From assembly GCA_964436005.1 (NCBI GenBank), contig CAYTBK010000007.1, positions 1,340-65,339 on the forward strand: a stretch of 64,000 nucleotides of DNA, read 5' to 3'. The position numbers and the translations under genes were made by a program. The notes beneath the pieces were generated by a model. The model searched no databases and was not told where the DNA came from. It saw only the letters and a program-made list of their open reading frames with translations. The first letter of the stretch is position 1, and the number at the start of each line of letters is the position of its first letter. The stretch is from an uncultured Acidobacteriota bacterium. GTDB taxonomy: Bacteria > Acidobacteriota > JAAYUB01. This document shows positions 17,871 to 27,436 of the stretch, piece after piece.

Positions 17871-18599
17871 ATGACTTTGCGGGCAATCTGGGCTCTTCCC
17901 GCCATCGCGATCATGACCGTGGTCATGTCGCTGCTGGCGATGGTGTCGACCATTTTCTCCCCCAGCGGCCAGGCGCAGCATCGCTGCGCGCGCTTCTGGG
18001 GGCGTTTCATCCTGTGGGTTTGCGGCGTCCGGCTTTCGGCCAGGGGCTTGGAGCACATCCCCGCCCAGGGGCCTTTCATCCTCATGAGCAACCACCAGAG
18101 CAACATGGACATCCCCATCCTGTTGACCGCGCTGCCCGTGCAGTTCCGTTTCCTAGCCAAGGAGTCGCTGTTCCGCATCCCGTTCCTCGGCTGGTACCTT
18201 CGCCGTTGCCGGCACATCCCGATCCACCGGAAGGAACCCCGCAAGGCGGTCCGCAGCCTGCGGGAAGCCGCCGAGAAAATCCGCGGCGGCGTGCCGGTGC
18301 TCGTCTTTCCCGAGGGCACGCGCAGCTCGGACGGCGAGCTTCAGGAATTCAAGAAAGGCGGTTTCCTGCTGGCCACTTTCGCCGGCGTGCCGATCATCCC
18401 CCTGGCCATCGAGGGCAGCTGCCGGATCCTGCCTCGCGGTTCGGCCGCCTTGCGGGGGGGGCGTGTCAACCTGGTCGCGGAGGTGGCGGTGGAGACCGTC
18501 GGCGCGACCTCCAAGGACACGGACAAGATCGCGGAGGCGGTGCGGGAGGGCATCCGGCAAGCGCAGGCCGCCGCCCGGGAGGTCGAACGTGCCTCATGA
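17871..18599 (+). CDS. plsC: 1-acyl-sn-glycerol-3-phosphate acyltransferase
   Basis: SNHQSNMD (HxxxxD), FLAKESLF, VFPEGTRS, FKKGGF. Confidence 0.92.
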   Translation: MTLRAIWALPAIAIMTVVMSLLAMVSTIFSPSGQAQHRCARFWGRFILWVCGVRLSARGLEHIPAQGPFILMSNHQSNMDIPILLTALPVQFRFLAKESLFRIPFLGWYLRRCRHIPIHRKEPRKAVRSLREAAEKIRGGVPVLVFPEGTRSSDGELQEFKKGGFLLATFAGVPIIPLAIEGSCRILPRGSAALRGGRVNLVAEVAVETVGATSKDTDKIAEAVREGIRQAQAAAREVERAS

Positions 18600-19938
18600 A
18601 ACCCTGAAGTCCTCACGTTTTTTCCAGCCGGCCTGCCGCATCGTGGAGAAGCTCCGCCAGGCGGGCTTCGTCGCCTTCTTCGCCGGGGGCTGCATCCGCG
18701 ACGCGTTGCTGGGCTGCCCTTGCGAGGACATCGACATCGCCACGGAAGCGGTGCCGACGACGATCATGGGCCTGTTCCCCCACCATGCCGCCGTGGGGGC
18801 CTCCTTCGGCGTGGTCCTGGTGGTCGAGGAGGGCATCCCCTTCGAGGTGGCCACGTTTCGCAGCGACCACGGCTACGCCGACGGGCGGCGGCCCACCGGG
18901 GTGACCTTCTCTTCCCCCGAAGAAGACTCCCGCCGGCGCGACTTCACTGTCAACGGCCTGTTCTACGATCCGCTGGAACGCCGCCTGATCGACTTCGTGG
19001 GGGGGGTGAAGGATCTGCGGGCCCGTCTGCTGCGGACCATCGGCCGCCCCGAGGACCGCTTCGGGGAAGACCACCTCCGGATCATGCGGGCCGTCCGCTT
19101 CTCCGCCCGCTTCGGCCTGACCATGGACCCGGCCACCCGGGCCGCCATTTCCCCGCTGGCCGGCACCCTGGCCAGAATCGCGGCGGAACGGGTCCGCGAC
19201 GAACTCGTCAAAACCCTGACGAAACAGGGCGCCCACGTGGCCCTGCAGCTTTTCCTGGATTGCGGCATCCTGGACGTCGTGCTCCCCGAGATCTCCGCCC
19301 TCGTCGGGGTTCGGCAACCGGAGGCGTTCCACCCCGAGGGAGACGTCTTCACCCACACCAAGCTGATGTTCGAGAAGGCCGATTATCCCCTGACACCCAC
19401 CCTGGCCCTGGCCATCCTCCTGCACGACGTGGGCAAGCCGCCCACCTACCGGGAGGCGCCCGACCGCATCCGCTTCCACGGGCACCCCGAAGTGGGGGCC
19501 GACATGGCCGGCGACATCCTCGGCCGGCTGAAGTGCAGCCGGCACGAGGCCGAAGCCGTGGCGGCGCTGGTCCGCGAGCACCTGCGTTTCGCCAGCGTCC
19601 GGGACATGCGGCCCAGCACCCTCAAGCGATTCCTCCGCCTGCCCGATTTCGGCGAGCACCTCGAACTGCACCGGCTGGACTGTCTGTCCTCCCACCGGGA
19701 CCTGAAAAACTGGGAATTCTGCCGTGACCAACTCGCCGCGCTGAACGAGGAACTGTTGCGCCCGGCCCCGCTGCTGCGGGGGGAAGACCTCATCGCCCTG
19801 GGCCTGTCACCGGGGCCGCTGTTCAAACGGATTTTAGAACAGCTGGAAGATTTGCAGCTGGAAGGAAAAGTGTCCACCCGGGAGGAGGCGCTGGCCTGGG
19901 TGCTCGCCACGCACGGCGGAAACAGAAGCGAAGCCTAG
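18589..19938 (+). CDS. cca: CCA tRNA nucleotidyltransferase with HD domain
   Basis: GGCIRDALLG, DIDIAT, EVATFRSD, RRDFTVNG, FGEDHLRIMRAVRF, LHDVGKP. GTG start at 18589 after GGAGG. Confidence 0.9.
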   Translation: MPHETLKSSRFFQPACRIVEKLRQAGFVAFFAGGCIRDALLGCPCEDIDIATEAVPTTIMGLFPHHAAVGASFGVVLVVEEGIPFEVATFRSDHGYADGRRPTGVTFSSPEEDSRRRDFTVNGLFYDPLERRLIDFVGGVKDLRARLLRTIGRPEDRFGEDHLRIMRAVRFSARFGLTMDPATRAAISPLAGTLARIAAERVRDELVKTLTKQGAHVALQLFLDCGILDVVLPEISALVGVRQPEAFHPEGDVFTHTKLMFEKADYPLTPTLALAILLHDVGKPPTYREAPDRIRFHGHPEVGADMAGDILGRLKCSRHEAEAVAALVREHLRFASVRDMRPSTLKRFLRLPDFGEHLELHRLDCLSSHRDLKNWEFCRDQLAALNEELLRPAPLLRGEDLIALGLSPGPLFKRILEQLEDLQLEGKVSTREEALAWVLATHGGNRSEA

Positions 19939-19976
19939 CCGGAGATCGTCTGGCCGGGAGCGGACCGGTTGACCGG

Positions 19977-20933
19977 CTAACTGCGGGCGCGTCGGCCAGA
20001 CCCCCTGATGCTTTCGTAGGGGTCGGGCGTGCCGGCGGGGCGGGTGTGCCAGCGCCGGTGGCCCCACATCCACCAGTCCGGCATGGCCCGGACGGCCCCC
20101 TCGATGGCGGCGGCGAAACGCTGGGTGTTCACCGCGTCGTCGGCTCGCCGGTCGGAGGTCTTCTGCAGGGGGATTTCCCCCTCCAGGCGGAAGATGAACT
20201 CCGCCTGCCCGGAAGGGTCGGGGGCGATGAAGGCGGGGATGACGGCCGCCCCGGTCACCCGGGCGATGCCCGCCGGCCCGACGGCCATGCAGGCGGGACG
20301 TCCGAAGAATTCCACGAACACGCCCTCCTTCTCCTGGACCTTCTGGTCGATGAGGATCCCGACCTCCCCCTTTTCCGACAGCACCCGGGTGACCTTGCGC
20401 AGGGCGTCCTGCTTCAGGATCGGCACGCAGCCCGACAGGGTCCGGCGCCGGGTCATGAAGCGGTCGAAAAGGGCGAAATCCAGGGGTCGCATGATGAAGT
20501 GGACGGGGTGGGAGAAGACGCCGTGGCTGAAGGAAAGCAGTTCCCAGGGGCCGAGGTGGGCCGTCAGGAAGAGGATGGGCCGGCCGGCCTCCTTCGCCTG
20601 GCGGTAGTGCTCGAAACCCTCGTAGCGGACGATGCGGGAGAGGCGGTCCGGAATGACCAGCGCGGGCAGGCGGGCGATCCAGACGAGCAGTTCGCCGAGG
20701 TGGGCGAAGGAATCCCGGGCGATGCGGTCCTGCTGTTTTTCGGACAAGGCGGGGAAGGCGATGCCCAGGTTGATCCTGGCGATGCGGCGGTGCCGCTTGA
20801 GCAATCGCCAGGCCAGCTTCCCTCCGCCATGGGTCAGGAAGCGGGCGGCCGGAAGCGGCAGGAGGCGCAGGAAGCCGAGCGCCAGTCGGCAGAATCCGTA
20901 GATCAGCCACTGTCCGAGGCCGGGCCGGCGCAT
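19977..20933 (-). CDS. Lipid A biosynthesis (lauroyl) acyltransferase family (LpxL/HtrB-like)
   Basis: C-terminal 318 aa of the listed ORF: ARINLGIAFP, TAHLGPWEL, ILIDQ, VFVEFFG, WMWGHRRW. Confidence 0.88.
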   Translation of the reverse strand: MRRPGLGQWLIYGFCRLALGFLRLLPLPAARFLTHGGGKLAWRLLKRHRRIARINLGIAFPALSEKQQDRIARDSFAHLGELLVWIARLPALVIPDRLSRIVRYEGFEHYRQAKEAGRPILFLTAHLGPWELLSFSHGVFSHPVHFIMRPLDFALFDRFMTRRRTLSGCVPILKQDALRKVTRVLSEKGEVGILIDQKVQEKEGVFVEFFGRPACMAVGPAGIARVTGAAVIPAFIAPDPSGQAEFIFRLEGEIPLQKTSDRRADDAVNTQRFAAAIEGAVRAMPDWWMWGHRRWHTRPAGTPDPYESIRGSGRRARS

Positions 20934-20935
20934 GG

Positions 20936-21682
20936 TCACCGGCCCGCGCTGCGCATGGCTGCCAGGAGGGAGGCGGCCCGCCTGGCCAGCGGGGCGTTCT
21001 CCCCGCGGACGACCTTCTCCAGCAGGGCGGTGGCCCGGGCCGTGTCCTGCAGGCGCACGAGGACGTTGGCCAGGTACCAGCCGATTTCCGGTCGGCCGGC
21101 CGCTTCGGGGATCGCCGCAACGGTTTCCAGGTAGGCGCGGGCCGATTCGTAGCGACCGGTCAGGTAGGCCGCGACCCCGCAGTAAAAGCGCGTCCGCCAA
21201 TCCTGGGGGTGCCTGTCGAGCCACTGGCCGCCGCGCTCGAGGAAGGCGGCATACTCGGCCCGCGCATAGACTTCCATCACGGCTTCGAGTTCGCCGTCGG
21301 CGGGGGGCGGGCCGCCGCGGTTGACCGACGACACCCAGGCGAAGGGGGCGTCTTCCAGTTCCGCCGCGATGGCCGGGGCCAGGGGCGAGGTCAGTCGGGA
21401 CTTGAGAACGTACAGCCCGGCCAGTGCCGCCACCAGGATGGAGGCGGCGACGGCCAGCGCGACGGTCAGGCGGCGTGTCCCGGAACGGCCCTTGTCCGCC
21501 GGGAAAAAGTCGGCCGGCAGGGCCTGCTCGATTTCCGGGCGGAGCGCCTTGGCCGCCAGGATTTCCTGGAGGGTGCGCGAACACGCGCGGCAGTGGTCGA
21601 GATGGTCCAGCGTCTCCTCCATTTCGGCGCCGGACAGGTTGCCGTTGACGAATTCGAGCAATCGGGCGCTGTCACATTCCAT
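20936..21682 (-). CDS. Anti-sigma factor: zinc-binding ZAS domain, transmembrane helix, TPR-like C-terminus
   Basis: HLDHCRAC (HxxxCxxC), hydrophobic span LTVALAVAASILVAALAGLYVL, TPR-like FYCGVAAYLTG and WYLANVL; directly downstream of the ECF sigma gene. Confidence 0.8.
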   Translation of the reverse strand: MECDSARLLEFVNGNLSGAEMEETLDHLDHCRACSRTLQEILAAKALRPEIEQALPADFFPADKGRSGTRRLTVALAVAASILVAALAGLYVLKSRLTSPLAPAIAAELEDAPFAWVSSVNRGGPPPADGELEAVMEVYARAEYAAFLERGGQWLDRHPQDWRTRFYCGVAAYLTGRYESARAYLETVAAIPEAAGRPEIGWYLANVLVRLQDTARATALLEKVVRGENAPLARRAASLLAAMRSAGR

Positions 21683-21736
21683 GTTCGCCTGCCCCCTGCC
21701 TGGGAATAGCGCCAGGGACTCCTGGCCTTCGAACGC

Positions 21737-22300
21737 TTACCATTTTTTCCACTCCTCACGGAGGTCTTCGCTGAGGCTGCGCAGCGATTCCAGGGCGTTC
21801 CGCATTCTCGAATGGACCGTGCTGACGGGCATCCGCTTGCGCCGGCCGATTTCCTTGAGGGACAGGGGCGGTTCCCGGAAGAAGGTCCATTGCAACAGCT
21901 GCCGCTGGAAGGGCGGCAGCTGCTCCATCCGCTTGACCAGACCGGCCACGGCCTTCTCCTTCGCCTCCTCTGCCTGGCGGACCATGAAGCAGCCTTCCGG
22001 GTCTTCCTCCCCCGGCCTGGACAGGCTCTCGATCCTCTCGTCGTCCTCCGTCTCGACTTTCCGCAGGGAAGTCCGCCGGCGGATGCGGTCGATGCAGGAA
22101 TTGGTGAGCATCCGGCAGAAGAACCGCATCGCCTCTTCCTTGTCGCTGGGCACCGCCCGCGCGTCCAGAAACTTCCGGCAGGCCTCCTGGAAGCAATCCT
22201 CCGCCTGTTCCTCGTCGCCCACGTATTTGTGGGCGACGCGCAGGAACATCCGCCGTCGTTCCGCTACGATCTTCTCGAGTGCGGCATGGGGGGAAGGCAC
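21737..22300 (-). CDS. ECF-type RNA polymerase sigma factor
   Basis: Region 2 (AEDCFQE, LTNSCIDRIRRR) and region 4 (LPPFQRQ, SLKEIG, TVHSRMRNALESLR); 187 aa. Confidence 0.88.
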   Translation of the reverse strand: MPSPHAALEKIVAERRRMFLRVAHKYVGDEEQAEDCFQEACRKFLDARAVPSDKEEAMRFFCRMLTNSCIDRIRRRTSLRKVETEDDERIESLSRPGEEDPEGCFMVRQAEEAKEKAVAGLVKRMEQLPPFQRQLLQWTFFREPPLSLKEIGRRKRMPVSTVHSRMRNALESLRSLSEDLREEWKKW

Positions 22301-22306
22301 AGCTGC

Positions 22307-23326
22307 CTACCAGCAGTCTTCCGGTTTGGCGGGTCGCATCATGAGGGCGGCGACGGCCGAGTGGGCGTCCTTGTCGTGGAAGAGCGCCTCGTACACTTCC
22401 CGGGTGATGGGCAATTCCACGCCGACGCGGTTCCCCAGTTCCATGGCCGATTCTGTGGTCCGGACGCCTTCGGCCACCATGACCATCTCGCCCAGGATTT
22501 CGGGCAGCCGGCGCCCCTTCCCGATCTGCTCGCCGACGTAACGGTTGCGGGAGTGCCGGCTCATGCAGGTGGTGATCAGGTCGCCCATCCCGGCCAGTCC
22601 GGCGAAAGTCGAGGCCTTGGCCCCCAGGGCCAGTCCCAGGCGGGTGATTTCCGCCAGGCCCCGGGTCAGCAGGGCGCCCTTGCTGTTGTCGCCGAAGCCG
22701 AGCCCGTCGCACACGCCCGTGGCCAGGGCGATGACGTTCTTGAGCGAGCCGGCCAGTTCGACGCCGACCAGATCGCTGCTCGTGTAGACCCGGAACAGGT
22801 CGCACATGAAGGTTTCCTGGACGAACAGGGCGGTCTGTTCCCTGTCCGAGGCCGTCACGACCACGGTGGGCAGGCCCCGGCTGACTTCTTCGGCGTGCGA
22901 CGGTCCGGAAAGAGTCGCCACGAGACCGGGGGGGAGGAAGGGAAGCTCTTCGCGGATCATCTCCGACATGCGCTTGAGCGTCTTGTTCTCGATGCCTTTG
23001 GAAACGTTGACGATGGGGCAGGGGGAAGGGCGGGCCCCGGCCAGCCGCCGCATCACCGAGCGGGCTGCCTGCGAGGGCGAGGACATGACGATCAGTTCCG
23101 CCCCCGGCAGAAGGGACTCCATGTCCGTGGAAACGGCGATTTCGCGCGGGATGCTCACGCCCGGGAGAAAACGGGTGTTTTCCCCCCTTTCCCTCATGTT
23201 GGTCACCTCGGTTTCCTCATAAGCCCAAAGGCCGACCTGATGGCCGTTCCTGTGGAGAAGTAGCGCCAGCGTGGTTCCCCATCCCCCGGCGCCAAGCACT
23301 GCCACTTGACGTTTGATCTTGGCCAT
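22307..23326 (-). CDS. gpsA: NAD(P)H-dependent glycerol-3-phosphate dehydrogenase
   Basis: VLGAGGWGTTLA, SKGIE, SGPSHAEEV, LKNVIALATG, GDLITTCMSRHSRN. Confidence 0.96.
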   Translation of the reverse strand: MAKIKRQVAVLGAGGWGTTLALLLHRNGHQVGLWAYEETEVTNMRERGENTRFLPGVSIPREIAVSTDMESLLPGAELIVMSSPSQAARSVMRRLAGARPSPCPIVNVSKGIENKTLKRMSEMIREELPFLPPGLVATLSGPSHAEEVSRGLPTVVVTASDREQTALFVQETFMCDLFRVYTSSDLVGVELAGSLKNVIALATGVCDGLGFGDNSKGALLTRGLAEITRLGLALGAKASTFAGLAGMGDLITTCMSRHSRNRYVGEQIGKGRRLPEILGEMVMVAEGVRTTESAMELGNRVGVELPITREVYEALFHDKDAHSAVAALMMRPAKPEDCW

Positions 23327-23356
23327 GGCTCACTCCCTGGTGAATTCAGACTGCCC

Positions 23357-23431
23357 ATTCTAGAGCATCCGGGCATTCCTTGCAACGGGAATCTGTCTTT
23401 CCTTTTATCGGGGAAACAGTTCTGGTACAAT
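23357..23431. promoter_or_regulatory. Divergent promoters: TTGCAA-17-TAGAAT (minus, gpsA) and extended -10 TGGTACAAT (plus, kinase)
   Basis: Read directly at 23357-23385 and 23423-23431. Confidence 0.55.
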
Positions 23432-23485
23432 GGCCCTGTCTTCTGGCCATGCGCTGCAAGAGTCGCTGCGGAATGTGAGAACAGG

Positions 23486-26400
23486 ATGAAGCATTCTTCC
23501 CGGAATCGTTTTTTCATGCACAACTCGCTGCCAGCGAGCCTTTTCCTGGCGGTGGTCTTCCTTTTTCCCACGTTCGCCGCTTCCGCCGGGGCGGGCGGGA
23601 AAAAGGGCACGGGGAAGGAGAACGCTCAGGAACCGGTGTATGCCCACTATCTCTTCGACCATTACACGGTGGCCGAAGGGCTCGTCCAGGAGCAGGTCGT
23701 CACGGCCATGCAGGACAATCAGGGGCAGATCTGGGCCGGCACGCTGGGCGGGTTGTCTTGCTATGACGGAAAGAGCTTCCGCAACTATTCCTCGCTCGAG
23801 GGGCTGCCCGATACCGTGGTCCTTTCCCTGGCCACCGATGCCGAAGGGAGCGTCTGGGTCGGTACGGCTTCCGGCGTGGCCAAGTTCGAAGGAGGCGCTT
23901 TTGTCCAGTACTACCTTGTCGGTTTCCGGAAGCAGCCGTCCGTTCGGGATATCCATCAAATGCCGGATGGGACCGTGGCCTTGGCCACGTCCGGCGGCGT
24001 TGTCCTGGCCAGGGGGAACAACCAGAGGAAGCTGACCACAAAGGACGGGTTGCCGGACAACAACATCCTGTGCCTGGAGCTTTCGCCGGAGGGGGGGGTC
24101 TGGATCGGCGGCGCCAAGGGACTTTCGTTGTTCCGCGACGGCAAGGTGATCCACATCCCCTACCTGAACGTTCCGGACCGGGAGAGGGACTTTGTCTCCG
24201 GCCTCTCGTCCGATCCGGTGACGGGGGACCTGGTCGTCACCCGGAAGGAGCGGATCCAGATCCTGAAATCCGGAGTGCTGAAGGAGACCGTCCTGCCCGG
24301 GCTGGACAAGGATGGGGAACTCAACCAGGCCGTGGTGGACCGGACCGGCACGCTCTGGGTCCCGGTGCTCAAGAAGGGTGTTCTCTACCGCCCTCAGGGG
24401 GGAGCTTTCCGGTCCGTCACCGAAGAGACCGGCCTGCGGAGCAACGTAGTCTACAGCCTGCTGGTCGACTACGAGGACAACGTCTGGTTCTGCACGGACA
24501 GCGGGCTGGACAAGCTGTCGAATCGTTCCGTGACCTGCTTTTCCACGAACAACGGGTTGCCGAGCAACACCGTCTGGTTCGCCGCGCCCTGCCACGGTCG
24601 CGTCGCCGTGGGGACGGCCCAGGGCCTGCTGTTCATGGATGACCAGGCCTTGGCGCCGGAAGTGTTCCTGCCGGGAAAGAGCATCGTCGAGTACCATCCC
24701 CTGCCTGACGGAAGCGTCCTCCTCGGGGCGGAAGACGGCGTCTACCTGTTCCGGGACGGGAAGGGGATTCCGGCGGACGTCAAGGAACTCAACGGCCTCG
24801 TGGTCTGGCGGGTCGCCGAACTGGGGGACGGCGAAAACCTCCTGGGAACAATAGACGGAATCTGGAAGGGGCGCCACCCTTCCTACAAACGGTTGCCCTG
24901 GCCGGAGTGGGCGCACGGGAAGGAAATCAGCGATTTCCTCCGCTTCGACCGGGATCACTGGTGGGTCGCCACGAACAAGGGCATCCTGCAGATGACGGTG
25001 AAACACGGCGTCGCCTCTTTCTCGCGGGACGTCATTCTGCCCGGGGCGGACGTGCAGTGCCTCTGCCGCCTCCCCAACGGGGACGTTCTCGCCGGCACCA
25101 TCGGGAAGGGGATCATCCGTTGCTTTCCCGGCGGAACGTCGCGCAACGAGAGCATCCTCCCCCCCGGCAGTTCGAGCAACGTGTGGGCCCTGGCCCTGGA
25201 AGCGAGCGGCAAGCTGTGGATCGGCACGAGCCGCGGCATTTTTACGTATTGGAACGGTGTCTGCACCGATTTCAACGCGCGGTACCGGATTCCCTTCAGC
25301 GAGGTCAGTTGCCGCCGGTCGATTCAGTTGGGCGCGAACGGGACGGGCGCGATCGCCACGACAACGGGACTGTATCTTTACAAAGAAAGCAAGCGGTCCG
25401 AGACGCCTTTGCCCCGCGGGGGCATTACCGACATCCTGGTGAACGGGAAGCCCTGGAGTGACGGACAGGCTCTGGACCTGAGCTACACCGACAAGCTGAC
25501 CGTCCGTTTCCGCTGCCTCAGCTTCCTGAACGAGAAAGGGAACCGCTACCAAGTCTTTCTGGAGGGGGTCGACAGCGACTGGCGCGCCCCGCAGCCGGAA
25601 GGCGTCATCGACTTCCCCTTTCTGCCGCCCGGCAACATGGTCTTCCGCCTGCGCATCATCAACGCTTCCGGCGAGATTCTGGAAGTGCCGCGGAAGCTGT
25701 TGATCCGTTCCCACCCGCCTTTCACCGAAACGCCTCTGTTCTATTTCCTGATTTTCGGCACGGTTGCCGTCGTGGCCCTTCTCTTCGTCATGTACAAGAT
25801 TCACCTGGACCGGAGGGAAAAGACCAGGCTGGCCGGACTGGTGCAGGAGAAGACCGCGGAGTTGGCGGAGTCGGAGGAAAAATACCGCCACCTGGTGGAA
25901 GGGTCTCCCGTCGGGATCGCCATTCTGCAGAAAGGGAGCATGGTCTACCACAACACCTATCTGGCGAGGATCACCAAGCACGCCGTCGGGGAGCTGCTGG
26001 GCAAGCCTTTCGAAAGCCTCATCCACCACGAGGACCTCCCGCTGTTCCGCGAGTACAAGGAACAGTGCGACCGGGGCGACACCTCCCTGCACGAGTACGA
26101 GATCCGGCTGATCTGCGCGGACTCTTCGATGAAGTACGCCATATTGCACGCCATCGCCACCATGTACCGTTCCGAGCAGGCGATCCTGGTCAACGTCACC
26201 GACATCACGGAGAAAAAACGGCTGCAGGAGCAGTTGACCTATTTCCAGAAGCTCGAGTCCATCGGGACCCTGGCCGGGGCCATCGCCCACGATTTCAACA
26301 ACATCATGCAGGGCATCGGGGGGTTGGCATCGCTGATCCGCATGCAGCTGGAGCCCACTTCGCCTTTCCACGGCGATCTGGCCCTGATCGAGGACTCGAC

Positions 26401-27403
26401 CGGCAAGGCGGCGGTCCTGACGCGCAAGCTGCTGGGCTTCGCCCGGAAAGGGAAGTATGTCGTCACCGGCCTGGAGGTGCACGAGGTCATCGAGTCGGTG
26501 ATCGTGTTTTCCCGCCGCATTGTGCCGGCCAATGTGGAGTTCGCCCGCGAGTTCAGCCCTGAGTCCCTTTTTGTGCACGGGGACCGCACCCAGCTGGAAC
26601 AGGTTTTTCTCAACGTCTTCTTGAACGCCTGGGAGGCCATGCCGCAGGGCGGGAAAATCGTCGTGCGCACTTCCCGGGAGAACCTGGCCGAGGACAAGCC
26701 GTTGGTCGACCACACCATGAAGCGGGGCGAATACGTGAAAATCGAGGTGGAGGACGCCGGCTGCGGCATCGCGCCGGAGAACATCTCCAAGGTGTTCACG
26801 CCGTTCTTCACCACCAAGAAACATGATTCCGGTTACGGCCTGGGCCTGGCCACGGCTTTCGGAACCGTCAAGAACCACCAGGGCTACATCTACCTCGGCA
26901 GCGAACTCGGTCGGGGGACGGTGGTGACCGTCTACTTGCCCTTTTACCTGCCCAAGGAAAAAGGCTTTTCAGAAGACCAGCCGGCGCCGCGCTGGGAAAA
27001 CCTGGCCCAGCGGTCCGTCCTGGTGGTGGAGGACGAGGCCATCCTCCGCAAGTATCTGCGCAACCTTCTTTCCTCGTACGAAATCAAGGTGTACGAGGCG
27101 GAAAACGGCATCCAGGCCTTGCAACTGTTCCGCATGTTCGCAGACGACATCGACGGCGTCCTGCTGGACGTGAACATGCCGCTGATGGACGGTGTCGAGA
27201 CATACAAGAAACTCAAGGAGATCCGAACCGACATCCCCGTCCTCATCCTGGGCTCGTACGGGGAGGACGCCAAAGTCAGGGTCATGCTCAACATGGGATG
27301 TCTGGGCGTCGCCTCGAAACCCGTGGACGCCGAAACGGTGCTGGCTCTCCTGGCGAAGATCGTCGCCGGTTCGAACGGCGAGGCGAACGGGGCGGAGTGT
27401 TGA
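23486..27403 (+). CDS. Hybrid sensor histidine kinase: periplasmic Reg_prop beta-propellers, Y_Y_Y, TM, PAS, HisKA, HATPase, REC
   Basis: Repeats such as YTVAEGL, DNQGQIWAGTLGGL and YSSLEGLPD; TM LFYFLIFGTVAVVALLF; H-box IAHDFNN; N, G1, F and G2 boxes; receiver VVEDE...LLDVNMP...SKP. Confidence 0.92.
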   Translation: MKHSSRNRFFMHNSLPASLFLAVVFLFPTFAASAGAGGKKGTGKENAQEPVYAHYLFDHYTVAEGLVQEQVVTAMQDNQGQIWAGTLGGLSCYDGKSFRNYSSLEGLPDTVVLSLATDAEGSVWVGTASGVAKFEGGAFVQYYLVGFRKQPSVRDIHQMPDGTVALATSGGVVLARGNNQRKLTTKDGLPDNNILCLELSPEGGVWIGGAKGLSLFRDGKVIHIPYLNVPDRERDFVSGLSSDPVTGDLVVTRKERIQILKSGVLKETVLPGLDKDGELNQAVVDRTGTLWVPVLKKGVLYRPQGGAFRSVTEETGLRSNVVYSLLVDYEDNVWFCTDSGLDKLSNRSVTCFSTNNGLPSNTVWFAAPCHGRVAVGTAQGLLFMDDQALAPEVFLPGKSIVEYHPLPDGSVLLGAEDGVYLFRDGKGIPADVKELNGLVVWRVAELGDGENLLGTIDGIWKGRHPSYKRLPWPEWAHGKEISDFLRFDRDHWWVATNKGILQMTVKHGVASFSRDVILPGADVQCLCRLPNGDVLAGTIGKGIIRCFPGGTSRNESILPPGSSSNVWALALEASGKLWIGTSRGIFTYWNGVCTDFNARYRIPFSEVSCRRSIQLGANGTGAIATTTGLYLYKESKRSETPLPRGGITDILVNGKPWSDGQALDLSYTDKLTVRFRCLSFLNEKGNRYQVFLEGVDSDWRAPQPEGVIDFPFLPPGNMVFRLRIINASGEILEVPRKLLIRSHPPFTETPLFYFLIFGTVAVVALLFVMYKIHLDRREKTRLAGLVQEKTAELAESEEKYRHLVEGSPVGIAILQKGSMVYHNTYLARITKHAVGELLGKPFESLIHHEDLPLFREYKEQCDRGDTSLHEYEIRLICADSSMKYAILHAIATMYRSEQAILVNVTDITEKKRLQEQLTYFQKLESIGTLAGAIAHDFNNIMQGIGGLASLIRMQLEPTSPFHGDLALIEDSTGKAAVLTRKLLGFARKGKYVVTGLEVHEVIESVIVFSRRIVPANVEFAREFSPESLFVHGDRTQLEQVFLNVFLNAWEAMPQGGKIVVRTSRENLAEDKPLVDHTMKRGEYVKIEVEDAGCGIAPENISKVFTPFFTTKKHDSGYGLGLATAFGTVKNHQGYIYLGSELGRGTVVTVYLPFYLPKEKGFSEDQPAPRWENLAQRSVLVVEDEAILRKYLRNLLSSYEIKVYEAENGIQALQLFRMFADDIDGVLLDVNMPLMDGVETYKKLKEIRTDIPVLILGSYGEDAKVRVMLNMGCLGVASKPVDAETVLALLAKIVAGSNGEANGAEC

Positions 27404-27436
27404 TTCTACGCGCGAGAGGTTCGAGCGGAGGTCGTT

